Shown: positions 29,603-39,122 of the stretch, one piece after another
How the letters are laid out: each line of letters opens with the position of its first letter
Position numbering within the stretch: position 1 is the first letter of the stretch
Notes under the pieces: model-generated
The model's database searches: none
Told to the model about the DNA's origin: nothing
The model's input: only the letters and a program-made list of their open reading frames with translations
Assembly: GCA_949102785.1 (NCBI GenBank)
Contig: CARYKP010000009.1
Coordinates: 9,513-73,512 of the forward strand
Source of the DNA: an uncultured Lachnospiraceae bacterium
GTDB taxonomy: Bacteria; Bacillota; Clostridia; Lachnospirales; Lachnospiraceae
Reading direction: 5' to 3'
Length of the DNA: 64,000 nucleotides
Position numbers and translations under genes: made by a program

Positions 29603-31057
29603 ATGGAAAAAATCAGAACAAGATTTGCGCCGAGCCCTACGGGAAGAATGCATGTGGGAAATTTGAGGACTGCGTTATATGCGTATTTGATCGCAAAACA
29701 TGCGGGCGGCGATTTTATTTTAAGGATAGAGGATACCGATCAGGAACGTTTTATGGAAGAAGCGCTCGGGATTATTTACCGTACGTTGCAAAAGACGGGA
29801 CTGATCCACGACGAGGGTCCCGACAGGGACGGCGGAGTGGGTCCGTATGTGCAGAGCGAGCGGCAGGCAGAGGGGATTTACTTATCTTATGCAAAAGAGC
29901 TGATTGAAAAAGGAGAAGCCTATTATTGCTTTTGCGATAAAGAGCGCCTGGAAGGATTAAAAGAGACGGTTGCCGGGAAAGAGATCAGTATCTACGATAA
30001 ACACTGCCTGGGGCTTAGCAAGGAGGAAATCGAAGAAAAACTGGCGGCAGGAATCCCGTATGTGATTCGACAGAACAACCCGAGGACGGGGACAACGGTG
30101 TTTGACGACGAGATTTACGGAAGGATCGAAGTAGACAATGCGGAACTGGACGATATGATTTTAATCAAATCCGACGGATACCCGACCTATAATTTTGCCA
30201 ATGTCGTAGACGATCATCTGATGGGGATCACCCATATTGTCAGGGGAAACGAATACCTTTCTTCTTCGCCGAAATATAACCGTTTGTATGAAGCGTTTGG
30301 ATGGGAGGTTCCGGTGTATGTGCACTGCCCTCTGATCACGAATGAAGAACATCAGAAGTTAAGCAAGCGAAGCGGGCATTCTTCTTACGAGGATTTGATC
30401 GATCAGGGATTTTTATCGGAGGCGGTCGTAAATTTTGTTGCGCTGCTTGGATGGAGCCCGTCGGACAACCGGGAAATTTTTTCCCTGCAGGAGCTGGTCG
30501 AAGCATTTGATTATCGCCATATGAGTAAATCTCCGGCAGTCTTTGACGTTACGAAGTTAAAGTGGATGAACGGCGAATATTTAAAAGCCATGGAATTTGA
30601 AGCGTTTTATGAAATGGCAGAGCCCTATATCAAAGAAGCCGTACATCATGCGTATGACCTGAGAAAGATTGCCAAACTGGTTCAGACGAGAATCGAAGTC
30701 TTTCCGGATATTGCCGGGCATATCGACTTTTTGGAAGAGCTGCCGGAATATGACGCGGACATGTATACTCACAAAAAAATGAAAACGAATCCGGAAACGT
30801 CGCTTGCCGTATTACAGGAGATTCTTCCGGTATTGGAAGCGCAGGAGAATTACGGAAACGACGCTTTGTACGAAACGATTACCGCTTTTGTCAAAGAAAA
30901 AGGATATAAAAACGGCTACGTGCTCTGGCCGATCCGTACGGCAGTATCCGGCAAGCAGATGACGCCCGGAGGAGCAACCGAAATTATGGAAATTTTAGGC
31001 AGAAATGAATCCCTGTCCAGAATTCAAAGGGGAATCGAGAAGTTAACAAGTCTATGA
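29603..31057 (+). CDS. gltX: Glutamate--tRNA ligase
   Basis: [25 protein letters not shown]. Confidence 0.97.
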   Translation: MEKIRTRFAPSPTGRMHVGNLRTALYAYLIAKHAGGDFILRIEDTDQERFMEEALGIIYRTLQKTGLIHDEGPDRDGGVGPYVQSERQAEGIYLSYAKELIEKGEAYYCFCDKERLEGLKETVAGKEISIYDKHCLGLSKEEIEEKLAAGIPYVIRQNNPRTGTTVFDDEIYGRIEVDNAELDDMILIKSDGYPTYNFANVVDDHLMGITHIVRGNEYLSSSPKYNRLYEAFGWEVPVYVHCPLITNEEHQKLSKRSGHSSYEDLIDQGFLSEAVVNFVALLGWSPSDNREIFSLQELVEAFDYRHMSKSPAVFDVTKLKWMNGEYLKAMEFEAFYEMAEPYIKEAVHHAYDLRKIAKLVQTRIEVFPDIAGHIDFLEELPEYDADMYTHKKMKTNPETSLAVLQEILPVLEAQENYGNDALYETITAFVKEKGYKNGYVLWPIRTAVSGKQMTPGGATEIMEILGRNESLSRIQRGIEKLTSL

Positions 31058-32904
31058 AACAACATCTGAATGACGCCCAGATGCAGGCCATTCTGCATCA
31101 GAAGGGTCCAATGCTTGTGCTTGCCGGACCGGGGTCCGGCAAGACACTCGTTATTACCAAACGAATCGAACGGTTAATTACATATGGAAAAGTCGATCCG
31201 TCGAACATACTGGTCATCACGTTTACCAGAGCGGCGGCAAAAGAAATGAAAGAACGTTTTTGTTCTGTCATGCCGGCGGAGGGACAGAGGGTGACGTTCG
31301 GGACGTTTCATGCCGTATTTTTTATGATATTAAAATATGCATATCGTATGGAAGCGTCTAATATTATCCGGGAAGAAGAACGCATGCAGCTGATTCGGGA
31401 TATGATCTGTTCCATGCGCCTGGATTACGAGGATGAAACGGAATTGATTCAGAATCTGCTGTCTGAAATCAGCTTTATAAAAAACGGGAGGATCGACCTG
31501 AAGCATTACTATCCGATTTGCTGCAGCCAGGATATATTTGTTCATGTTTTCCGGGAATATGAGAGCGTTTTGCGGCGCCGCCGGAAGATTGATTTTGACG
31601 ATATGCTGGTTTATACCTATGAGCTGTTTTCGGCACGGAGCGATATTTTATCGGCATGGCAGAAGAAATTCCGCTATCTGCTGGTTGATGAATTTCAGGA
31701 TGTCAACCAGATACAGTATGATATTGTACGTATGTTATGCGGAAAGGAACAAAATCTGTTTGCCGTGGGAGACGACGATCAGTCCATCTACCGGTTTCGC
31801 GGCGCAAAGCCGGAAATCATGCTGCATATGCCTAAGGATTTTTCGGATGCGCAGGTGGTAAACCTTTCTTATAATTACCGATGCCCGGTAGATGTAACCA
31901 GGCTGTCGTCCCATATTATATCATACAATAAAGAGCGTTTTCCCAAACAGATGCAGGCGGTCAGCCGGATTTCGTCGTCGATCACGGCGGAGTTGTTTGA
32001 AACGCAGGGAAAAGAATATGAAGCCGTGATTGACCGGATCCGGGAACGTGGAAGCCCTTATAAGCAGACGGCGGTTTTATTTCGGACCAACACGCAGGCG
32101 GGGGCTTTGATGGAGCAGCTGATGGCGTACGATATTCCATTTACGGCGAAAGATAATATCCCGAATTTGTACGAGCACTGGATCGCAAAAGATTTCTTTG
32201 CTTATATCAGGATTGCGGAAGGAAGCCGGAAACGAAGAGATTTTCTGATGATCATGAACCGCCCGAAGCGTTATCTGAGCAGGGAGAGCCTGGAAGGGGA
32301 AGACATTTCGTTTACGGCGTGGCAGGCGTTTTATGCCGAGCAGCCGTGGATTGAGGCGCGGATTGAGAAACTGGCGGAGGATCTGCTTGCCATCCGCCGG
32401 ATGCGTCCGTTTGCGGCGATCAATTATATCCGCAGGGGCGTGGGATATGACGATTTTTTAAAAGAATATGCCGGGTATAAGAAGATAGAACCGGACGGGC
32501 TGTTAGAAAAAGCGGATGCGCTGCAGGAGAGCAGCAGGGAGTTTGCTTCATTTGCGGAGTGGTCGGCGCATATCAAACGGTATCAAAAAGAATTGGAAGA
32601 AGTGTATAAACGGGAAGGAAATCGAGAAGACGCCGTAACACTGGCTACTTTTCACAGTGCGAAAGGGCTGGAATTTGACACCGTGCATATCATTGACGCC
32701 AACGAAGGCATAACGCCTTATAAAAAAGCTGTGCTTCCCGCGGATATGGAAGAAGAAAGGCGCATGTTTTATGTGGCTTTGACCCGTGCGAAACAAGAAC
32801 TGCATTTGTATGCTTCCAAAAAAATTCATAACCATGAGGCGGAAGTGTCGCGGTTTTTGATCGAAGGGAGAGAGTATCTGCCGGGGATGGATGTTTGCTG
32901 CTAG
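31054..32904 (+). CDS. UvrD/PcrA-family SF1 helicase (616 aa)
   Basis: [51 protein letters not shown]. Confidence 0.93.
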   Translation: MKQHLNDAQMQAILHQKGPMLVLAGPGSGKTLVITKRIERLITYGKVDPSNILVITFTRAAAKEMKERFCSVMPAEGQRVTFGTFHAVFFMILKYAYRMEASNIIREEERMQLIRDMICSMRLDYEDETELIQNLLSEISFIKNGRIDLKHYYPICCSQDIFVHVFREYESVLRRRRKIDFDDMLVYTYELFSARSDILSAWQKKFRYLLVDEFQDVNQIQYDIVRMLCGKEQNLFAVGDDDQSIYRFRGAKPEIMLHMPKDFSDAQVVNLSYNYRCPVDVTRLSSHIISYNKERFPKQMQAVSRISSSITAELFETQGKEYEAVIDRIRERGSPYKQTAVLFRTNTQAGALMEQLMAYDIPFTAKDNIPNLYEHWIAKDFFAYIRIAEGSRKRRDFLMIMNRPKRYLSRESLEGEDISFTAWQAFYAEQPWIEARIEKLAEDLLAIRRMRPFAAINYIRRGVGYDDFLKEYAGYKKIEPDGLLEKADALQESSREFASFAEWSAHIKRYQKELEEVYKREGNREDAVTLATFHSAKGLEFDTVHIIDANEGITPYKKAVLPADMEEERRMFYVALTRAKQELHLYASKKIHNHEAEVSRFLIEGREYLPGMDVCC

Positions 32905-32921
32905 AGCGGGGGAGAAACGGG

Positions 32922-34364
32922 ATGGATGAAACGTTTGAAAGGATACATACGGTATATGATTTGATCGTTTATTCTTATACGCAGATTATGGGAATGGGAG
33001 AAAATCGTATCATAAGCCGTTATTATGAGGAATTGCCGGGGTACAGGAGTAAAATTACGAATTGGATGAGGGAAATGCTTTTATGCAACCTTTCCGTAGA
33101 AGATTTTGTAAAAGAGTGGATTTCCTATCTGCAGCAGGATAAAGAGCAGGTGTGTATGCATGTTTTGATGGAATTTGACAGGTATTATAAAGAACGTGAC
33201 AGTTATCCGCTGATTCGGGAATTAAAGACGAAAAAAATGATCGACTATTCGACAGAAAACAATATTTCCGATCGACTGGCATTTTATCCGATGGGACAGG
33301 ATAATTTTATTATGCATGCAGAAGTGATGAAAAAAGCCAGAAGACATAGAATGAAAAGCGGCATATGGGAGAAAATTTCAAGCTATCGGATCAATGAAAT
33401 AAGTCCCCTTGTTCCGCTTGTTGGGATTAGAAAATATAATAACAACAGCATAGAATGGTCTTTGGCTCAAAATGGCTGTCTGGCGATTGCTATGATTCCT
33501 TTTAGCAATCAGGCTCCGTTTGACAGAGATGAAAAGACAGGGATATGGACACGAAAAAGCGAAGATGCGGATTATCAAAAAATGTATGAAGATTGTATCG
33601 TACTTTTGGAAGAGCTGAACAAAAGAAATATAGATATTGTGGTTTTTCCTGAAATTGTCATGACGGAACAGCTGATTTCAGACATAAAGGCATGGTTGAT
33701 GCAAAACAGGGATAAAGCCGGGAATTTAAAGCTTTTATTTATGGGGTCCTATTATACGGAAAATATCAATCGCTGTGTGCTGCTGTCAGGTATGGGAAAA
33801 GAGCTTTTGGCAAATGATAAACAAAACGGATTTGAATATACGGATACGCAGGGAAAGCTTCATAGAGAAGAACTGGGTGTGAAGTCAGAGAAGATATTGC
33901 TGATCGATATCAAGGGATTAGGAAGGGTATGGTACCTGATCTGTAAAGATGACTTGATATTTGAAAACGTAGCTCCTTTTGTCAGTAAATATGAGAGTAC
34001 CGTGCAGGTTATTTCGGCTTATTCCAGCTGTTTATCCGAATTTCGGGGAACAGGAGAAGCCCTTGCAGAAAAATATCAGGTGTTTTCTGCAGTTTCTAAT
34101 TCCTGCGCTGTCAGGGGTGGGAGGGAAATTGGAATCATGGGTTATCCTGTTATATTTGAACAGGGAAACAGCATAACCGGCTTTAGTTTGGAGTATGCCT
34201 GTTCCTTAGGCGGGGCTTGCTGCAGTTACGGCAGGTGTGCACATATTATGCGGTTTGATCTGGAGAATAGTTGTCTTAATACGAAAGAAATGCGGTCAGG
34301 AAATCAGGTCGTAACGCATAATCTGGTTGGGATACAAATAGACTATGAACAGTTGCCGATATAA
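32922..34364 (+). CDS. Hypothetical protein with C-terminal carbon-nitrogen hydrolase (nitrilase-fold) domain
   Basis: IDIVVFPE (Glu), NDKQ (Lys), YLICKD (Cys) in canonical order; GGGGGAG RBS before ATG 32922. Confidence 0.7.
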   Translation: MDETFERIHTVYDLIVYSYTQIMGMGENRIISRYYEELPGYRSKITNWMREMLLCNLSVEDFVKEWISYLQQDKEQVCMHVLMEFDRYYKERDSYPLIRELKTKKMIDYSTENNISDRLAFYPMGQDNFIMHAEVMKKARRHRMKSGIWEKISSYRINEISPLVPLVGIRKYNNNSIEWSLAQNGCLAIAMIPFSNQAPFDRDEKTGIWTRKSEDADYQKMYEDCIVLLEELNKRNIDIVVFPEIVMTEQLISDIKAWLMQNRDKAGNLKLLFMGSYYTENINRCVLLSGMGKELLANDKQNGFEYTDTQGKLHREELGVKSEKILLIDIKGLGRVWYLICKDDLIFENVAPFVSKYESTVQVISAYSSCLSEFRGTGEALAEKYQVFSAVSNSCAVRGGREIGIMGYPVIFEQGNSITGFSLEYACSLGGACCSYGRCAHIMRFDLENSCLNTKEMRSGNQVVTHNLVGIQIDYEQLPI

Positions 34365-34427
34365 GACGTAATGCATCGTAATGCGCCATTTTTTACACAA
34401 AAAAGTTGTGGAATCCTATCATATGAC

Positions 34428-34456
34428 TTGTAATACACCGAAAAAAGGTGTATGAT
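34428..34456 (+). promoter_or_regulatory. Sigma-A promoter with a palindrome spanning the spacer
   Basis: TTGTAA-17 bp-TATGAT; ATACACC-N7-GGTGTAT at 34433-34453. Confidence 0.7.
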
Positions 34457-34506
34457 ATCATTAAATGTTACAGAAACGTTACATATTTTTCGAGGAGGCG
34501 TTTGAT

Positions 34507-35427
34507 ATGACATTGGATTTATTACAAAAGACAATGGAAGGGTTGCTTTTTAACAGGAGCGCAGATTTGGATGTGTGTGCGGAGCAATATATGAATATAT
34601 ATCTGGATGCGCATAAGAATCATCAGGTGGAAAAGTTTTGTGAAGAAAGCGAGAAGTTTTCGGACCAATTGGATTTGCTGTGGGAATATTTTAAAATCGA
34701 TGAAGAGGAAACGCACAGGAAGATCTATTATTTTGCAATGATCGATACGATTAAAAACCTGGCCGTAAAAATTTCCGAGGATCTCAGCTGTGATGCGGGG
34801 GAGTACGGAAATTATAAATACATCTATCCGATCCTTAAAGTTTTATATGAGAACGGAGCGGTATCTGTTGGCAAGCTGGCGGAATGTTTGAAGATCGAGC
34901 GCCATAACTTAACCAATGCCATCCGGAGATATCATAAATTTCAATTGTGGAGCCAAGAAAAGCAGGGACGTAATTCTTTATGCCAAATTACGGCAAAAGG
35001 AGAACGGGCATATGCTTCCTATCTGAAAAAAGAGGTCACAGAGGACAAAAATTCTTTAGAGGAACTTTTACTTGTTCTGTTAAAAGAAATTGAAACGCAT
35101 ATGAAAGAGTTTCAACCGGATCCGAATGAAATAATTCGTAAATTGAATTCTCAGATGAAGGGCAGCGTTTTTTCTTCACCGATGATGAAAGTGTCGATTC
35201 AGAATATATATGAGAAGCGGGTAGATTTTATAAAAAAGATCCATCAGAAAAAGAGAGAGATGCAGCGAAAAGATGAGACAGAAATGATTCATCGGTATTC
35301 TATGCAGGGATTGAAACCGATGGATGAATTTCAGGGTGAGGATATGTATCAATATACCAGGCAGATCGGACAGAGATTAACGTATCAGCCGTATGTAAGG
35401 GAAAAAGAGGTGGCCTATTTTGGATAA
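34507..35427 (+). CDS. Hypothetical protein with a central MarR-like winged-helix domain
   Basis: ILKVLYENGAVSVGKLAECLKIERHNLTNAIRR...QEKQGRNSLCQITAKG; GAGGAGG RBS before ATG 34507. Confidence 0.7.
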   Translation: MTLDLLQKTMEGLLFNRSADLDVCAEQYMNIYLDAHKNHQVEKFCEESEKFSDQLDLLWEYFKIDEEETHRKIYYFAMIDTIKNLAVKISEDLSCDAGEYGNYKYIYPILKVLYENGAVSVGKLAECLKIERHNLTNAIRRYHKFQLWSQEKQGRNSLCQITAKGERAYASYLKKEVTEDKNSLEELLLVLLKEIETHMKEFQPDPNEIIRKLNSQMKGSVFSSPMMKVSIQNIYEKRVDFIKKIHQKKREMQRKDETEMIHRYSMQGLKPMDEFQGEDMYQYTRQIGQRLTYQPYVREKEVAYFG

Positions 35428-36082
35428 TTGCCGTTTTATGCAGTGGGAAGATCTCGTAAAAGAAATCAACCAGAATGAAAAGGACGGAAAACTGCAGGAA
35501 AAGATCGTTCAATTGACAGATCTGATGATCCGGGACGTATACGAGAACGAAACTTATGAATGCATAAACTATATAGAAGAAAAAATTGAAAACGCAGACA
35601 TTTGGGAAGACATGGAGAAAAAGGTTCGTTCTCAGACAGATTTTTATATCAGAACCCTGGGACTGAAGAAACTGCCGGAAGATGCGGCCGAGGCAAAAAT
35701 AAAGACGGCATATCGCCTGCGGTATGAGGAATTTGAAAATGATGAATATATCTGCCGGCAGGCGAGGCTGAATCGTCAGGAAATACAGGCAATCCGATGT
35801 CTGTTTGACTATTGTGAATTTTCCGTAGTTTTACAAAAAATATCCAAAAGAAGATTTGAAGCATTTTTGGTGGAAAGAGGAAAATTTACAGAATCCATGA
35901 CCGAAACCATATGGGAGCTGTTTCGGCATTGCAGGCAGGATATTCAAATACTGATCTATTCCCGTCATTTTGCCAATCTGGAAATGAAATTAAATTATCT
36001 GATGAACGGACAGGATGATCTGAAAAAAGAGATAGATTTTGTAGAGTTTTTGCTTTTAGAAGAGGGCGAATCTTCGGAATAA
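35420..36082 (+). CDS. Hypothetical acidic, probably all-helical protein
   Basis: 220-aa ORF with TTG start and GAGGTG RBS, overlapping the previous stop; no recognised motif. Confidence 0.75.
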   Translation: MDNCRFMQWEDLVKEINQNEKDGKLQEKIVQLTDLMIRDVYENETYECINYIEEKIENADIWEDMEKKVRSQTDFYIRTLGLKKLPEDAAEAKIKTAYRLRYEEFENDEYICRQARLNRQEIQAIRCLFDYCEFSVVLQKISKRRFEAFLVERGKFTESMTETIWELFRHCRQDIQILIYSRHFANLEMKLNYLMNGQDDLKKEIDFVEFLLLEEGESSE

Positions 36083-36091
36083 AATCGGGTC

Positions 36092-36135
36092 AAAAAAAGC
36101 CGTTCTTTCCGGTTCTTACGACCGAAAAGAACGGC
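36092..36135 (-). terminator. Terminator between the convergent insert and DUF1292 genes
   Basis: GCCGTTCTTT..GGT/ACC..AAAGAACGGC stem with an A7 run on the + strand (U-tract on the - strand). Confidence 0.7.
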
Positions 36136-36151
36136 GGATCGTCCGAATATG

Positions 36152-36463
36152 TCAATCCTCTTCCATATCAAGTTCGTCCAGCAATGCTTCAAAACGCGCT
36201 TCGACGAGCTCATATTCTTGATCGCTTTGGAGTTCTTCCAGAGAAGGATTTCCCTCTTCATCTTCATGATAACGATAAATATAGATATCGCCCTCTTCTT
36301 CATCGTCGGTATCCTCGTCTGTTGGAATGAGCACGATGTAGTCTCTGCCGTCTGCCTCAAAAATCGTTAAGATTTCACATTCTTTCTGACTTCCGTCTTC
36401 AAAATCCAAAGTGACGCAAATATCGTCGTCTTCCGGTAAGAGGGGATTGTTCTGATTGTCCAT
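36152..36463 (-). CDS. DUF1292 family acidic protein
   Basis: VTLDFEDG..ECEILTIFE..DYIVL..YIYRY..EYELVEARF; GGAG RBS. Confidence 0.88.
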   Translation of the reverse strand: MDNQNNPLLPEDDDICVTLDFEDGSQKECEILTIFEADGRDYIVLIPTDEDTDDEEEGDIYIYRYHEDEEGNPSLEELQSDQEYELVEARFEALLDELDMEED

Positions 36464-36512
36464 AAAACTCTCCTTTCCAAATGTTGTGTGCCGTTTGTAT
36501 ATTACTTGCTAA

Positions 36513-36587
36513 ATTATATAATAATTCAGATAAATATGCAATAAGCGAAGAAAAAGATATACAAATGGATGAGAAAAATGTTATAAT
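36513..36587. promoter_or_regulatory. Divergent sigma-A promoters (DUF1292 and glgX-like gene)
   Basis: Minus strand TTGCAT-17 bp-TATAAT (36541-36513); plus strand TGtTATAAT (36579-36587). Confidence 0.6.
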
Positions 36588-36664
36588 AACCGCGTATACT
36601 AGCTAAGTTTTAATATTGCCGAATGGCAGAACGGTTTTTACAGGATGAAAAGGTGATAAAAAAC

Positions 36665-38521
36665 ATGGAATGGAATCAGAAAAGGGGAGATTTCTCCCGA
36701 TTGGGAGTAGTCAGAGGGAAGACATGGACGAATTTTTGTTTGGTGTGTAGAAAAGAGTCGGATTGTAAGATACTGTTATATGAAAGAAATCATCCGGAAT
36801 GCATAGCGGAAATCGTTGTGCCCAGGGAGTTTTCCAAAGGAAATCTCCGCGCCGTGCAGGTGGAAGGATTACATCTGGCAGAATATGATTATAATTTTTG
36901 GATAGACGGAGAGGTGAAGACAGATCCTTATGCAAGAAGGATCGTGGGGAGGGAACGCTGGGGGGATGTCAGCCGCCGGCAGAACGGAACGCTTCGCTGC
37001 CGGTATGAAGAACATCGTTTTTCCTGGAGAGGGGACTGTGAAGTAGAGATCCCGAGAAAGGATATGGTACTTTATAAGCTGAATGTCAGAGGGTTTACCA
37101 AAGGCCTGCCGGAGAAGATTCCGGACAGAGGAACGTTTCGTGCGCTGACAAAAAAGCTTTCTTATTTAAAAGCATTGGGTATTACTTCCGTTGAACTTAT
37201 GCCCGTATATGAATTTGAGGAAGTCATCTTGCAGGAGGTTAAAGAACTGCCGGAATATAAACGGTGGAAGTCCAAAAAGAAAGATAAAATCCAAAAGCCA
37301 AAGCTAAAACCGGAATATAAGATAAACTGCTGGGGTTACGGAGAAGGCTTGTACTTTGCGCCGAAGGCTTCGTATGCTGCGTCAGAAGCGCCCGATACGG
37401 AACTCAAAGAGTGCATTCTCCAGATGCATAAAAAAGGGATGGAGTGCATTTTGGAAATGGATTTTACCAATGCGGTTTCCAAAGAGCAGGCGCTGGACAT
37501 TTTAAAATACTGGGTAAGAGAGTATCATGTGAACGGATTTCATCTGCAGGGAGACGGGATTGCGATGGATCTTCTGCTGGAAGATCCTTATCTTGGAAGA
37601 ACAAAGTTCTTTTACAGGGAAATGTACGAGCATATGATTTCGGAAGAGGAGGCTGCCTATCCGAGGGCTTTTTTGGATTCGGATGAATTTTTATATCCCT
37701 GCCGAAAGCTGGCGAGCGGGGTAAACGGCGATATCTGGGAGCTTGCGGATCAGATGAAGAAGCAGAATGCAAAGCTTGGGTATATCAATTATGCTGCAGA
37801 TAACAACGGATTTACTTTAAAGGATTTGTTTACTTATGGACAAAAACATAATGAAGCAAACGGCGAGGACAATCTGGACGGTCCCGTATGGAACTGCAGT
37901 ATAAACTGCGGCGTGGAAGGGGAAACCAGCAGCCGCAATGTACAAAAGATCCGTGACCGCCGGATGAAAAATACTGCCGCTATGCTGTTTTTGGCGCAGG
38001 GCGTGCCGATGCTGATGGCGGGAGACGAAGACTGTAATTCGCAGGGAGGAAACAACAATGCCTACTGTCAGGATAATGAAATCGGCTGGAAGGAATGGCA
38101 TTTGTCGAAACCTGCAAAAGAGTTTTTAAAATATATAAAACGATTGATTGAGTTCCGGAAAGCGCATGAAATCCTTCGGATGGAACATCCGATGCAGCTT
38201 GCGGATACGAAATCCTGCGGATGTCCGGATTTATCGTATCATGAAGAAGCGGCATGGATTGCTCCGAAGTTTTTTAACCGGGGAGCGTTGGGAATCCTTT
38301 ATTGCGGCAGATACGCAGGAGAATCGGAAGATGTATATTTAGGATTTAACTTTTCGGATTTACACAAGAATCTTGCGATTCCAAAGCAGAAAGGAACGCG
38401 GAAATGGTATCTTTATATGGATACCGCCGTAAAATCTGCATTTTTACCGGAACCGGAAGAATTAAAAGAGGCGTCTTATTTGCTGGAGGCGCAGAGCGTT
38501 TGTATTATAGTAGGAAAATAA
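36665..38521 (+). CDS. GlgX/isoamylase-like GH13 protein with degenerate catalytic residues
   Basis: DPYAR, LGITSVELMPV, WGY, KHNEANGE, QGVPML.AGDE, GNNNAYCQDN; catalytic motifs altered; alternative start at 36623. Confidence 0.88.
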   Translation: MEWNQKRGDFSRLGVVRGKTWTNFCLVCRKESDCKILLYERNHPECIAEIVVPREFSKGNLRAVQVEGLHLAEYDYNFWIDGEVKTDPYARRIVGRERWGDVSRRQNGTLRCRYEEHRFSWRGDCEVEIPRKDMVLYKLNVRGFTKGLPEKIPDRGTFRALTKKLSYLKALGITSVELMPVYEFEEVILQEVKELPEYKRWKSKKKDKIQKPKLKPEYKINCWGYGEGLYFAPKASYAASEAPDTELKECILQMHKKGMECILEMDFTNAVSKEQALDILKYWVREYHVNGFHLQGDGIAMDLLLEDPYLGRTKFFYREMYEHMISEEEAAYPRAFLDSDEFLYPCRKLASGVNGDIWELADQMKKQNAKLGYINYAADNNGFTLKDLFTYGQKHNEANGEDNLDGPVWNCSINCGVEGETSSRNVQKIRDRRMKNTAAMLFLAQGVPMLMAGDEDCNSQGGNNNAYCQDNEIGWKEWHLSKPAKEFLKYIKRLIEFRKAHEILRMEHPMQLADTKSCGCPDLSYHEEAAWIAPKFFNRGALGILYCGRYAGESEDVYLGFNFSDLHKNLAIPKQKGTRKWYLYMDTAVKSAFLPEPEELKEASYLLEAQSVCIIVGK

Positions 38522-38537
38522 AAGGCAGGATTTTATT

Positions 38538-39119
38538 ATGAAAGCTTGGCAGCATTTAAAAACAATCGTACATCATAAAAATCTCGTGCGTCAGGGATGC
38601 TTTAAAGTGGGATTATATCGTCAGGGTTTGATGCACGACTGGTCAAAATATACGCCTGTAGAGTTTTTGGTAGGCTGCAGATATTATCAGGGCAACAAAA
38701 GTCCCAATAATGCCGAACGGGAAGAAAAAGGCTATTCGACGGCATGGCTTCACCACAAAGGCAGGAACAAACATCATCTGGAATACTGGATCGATTATTC
38801 GGCAAAAGGAGACCGTCAGATGACCGGAATGCGTATGCCGGAAAAGTATGTGGTGGAAATGTTTATGGACAGGATCGCCGCATGTAAAAATTATCAGAAA
38901 GAACACTATACCGACCGCAGTCCGCTTGCATATTATGAACATGGAAAAGACCACTATATGCTGCATAAAGAGACAAGAAAACTGCTCGAGAAGCTTTTGC
39001 ATATGCTGGCGGACGAAGGGGAAGAAAAGGTTTTTCGATATATCCGCGTAAAAATCTTAAAAAATGCCGGGCGCAGCAGGCGTCCAAAAAACAGTAAGAA
39101 GATCAGAAAGAAGGCTTAG
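38538..39119 (+). CDS. DUF5662-family HD-domain-like protein
   Basis: HHK, MHDWSKY, WLHHKGRNKHH, EMFMDRIAA. Confidence 0.82.
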   Translation: MKAWQHLKTIVHHKNLVRQGCFKVGLYRQGLMHDWSKYTPVEFLVGCRYYQGNKSPNNAEREEKGYSTAWLHHKGRNKHHLEYWIDYSAKGDRQMTGMRMPEKYVVEMFMDRIAACKNYQKEHYTDRSPLAYYEHGKDHYMLHKETRKLLEKLLHMLADEGEEKVFRYIRVKILKNAGRSRRPKNSKKIRKKA

Positions 39120-39122
39120 ACA

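Noticed and set aside
32884..32928. GGGATGGATG repeated at the left edge of the three-gene insert as a possible att site or target duplication
   Set aside because: Both copies are on the same side and no matching copy was found at the right boundary
35995..36370. Alternative ORFs overlapping DUF1292
   Set aside because: The DUF1292 frame has the RBS, promoter and family motif; the others are shadows
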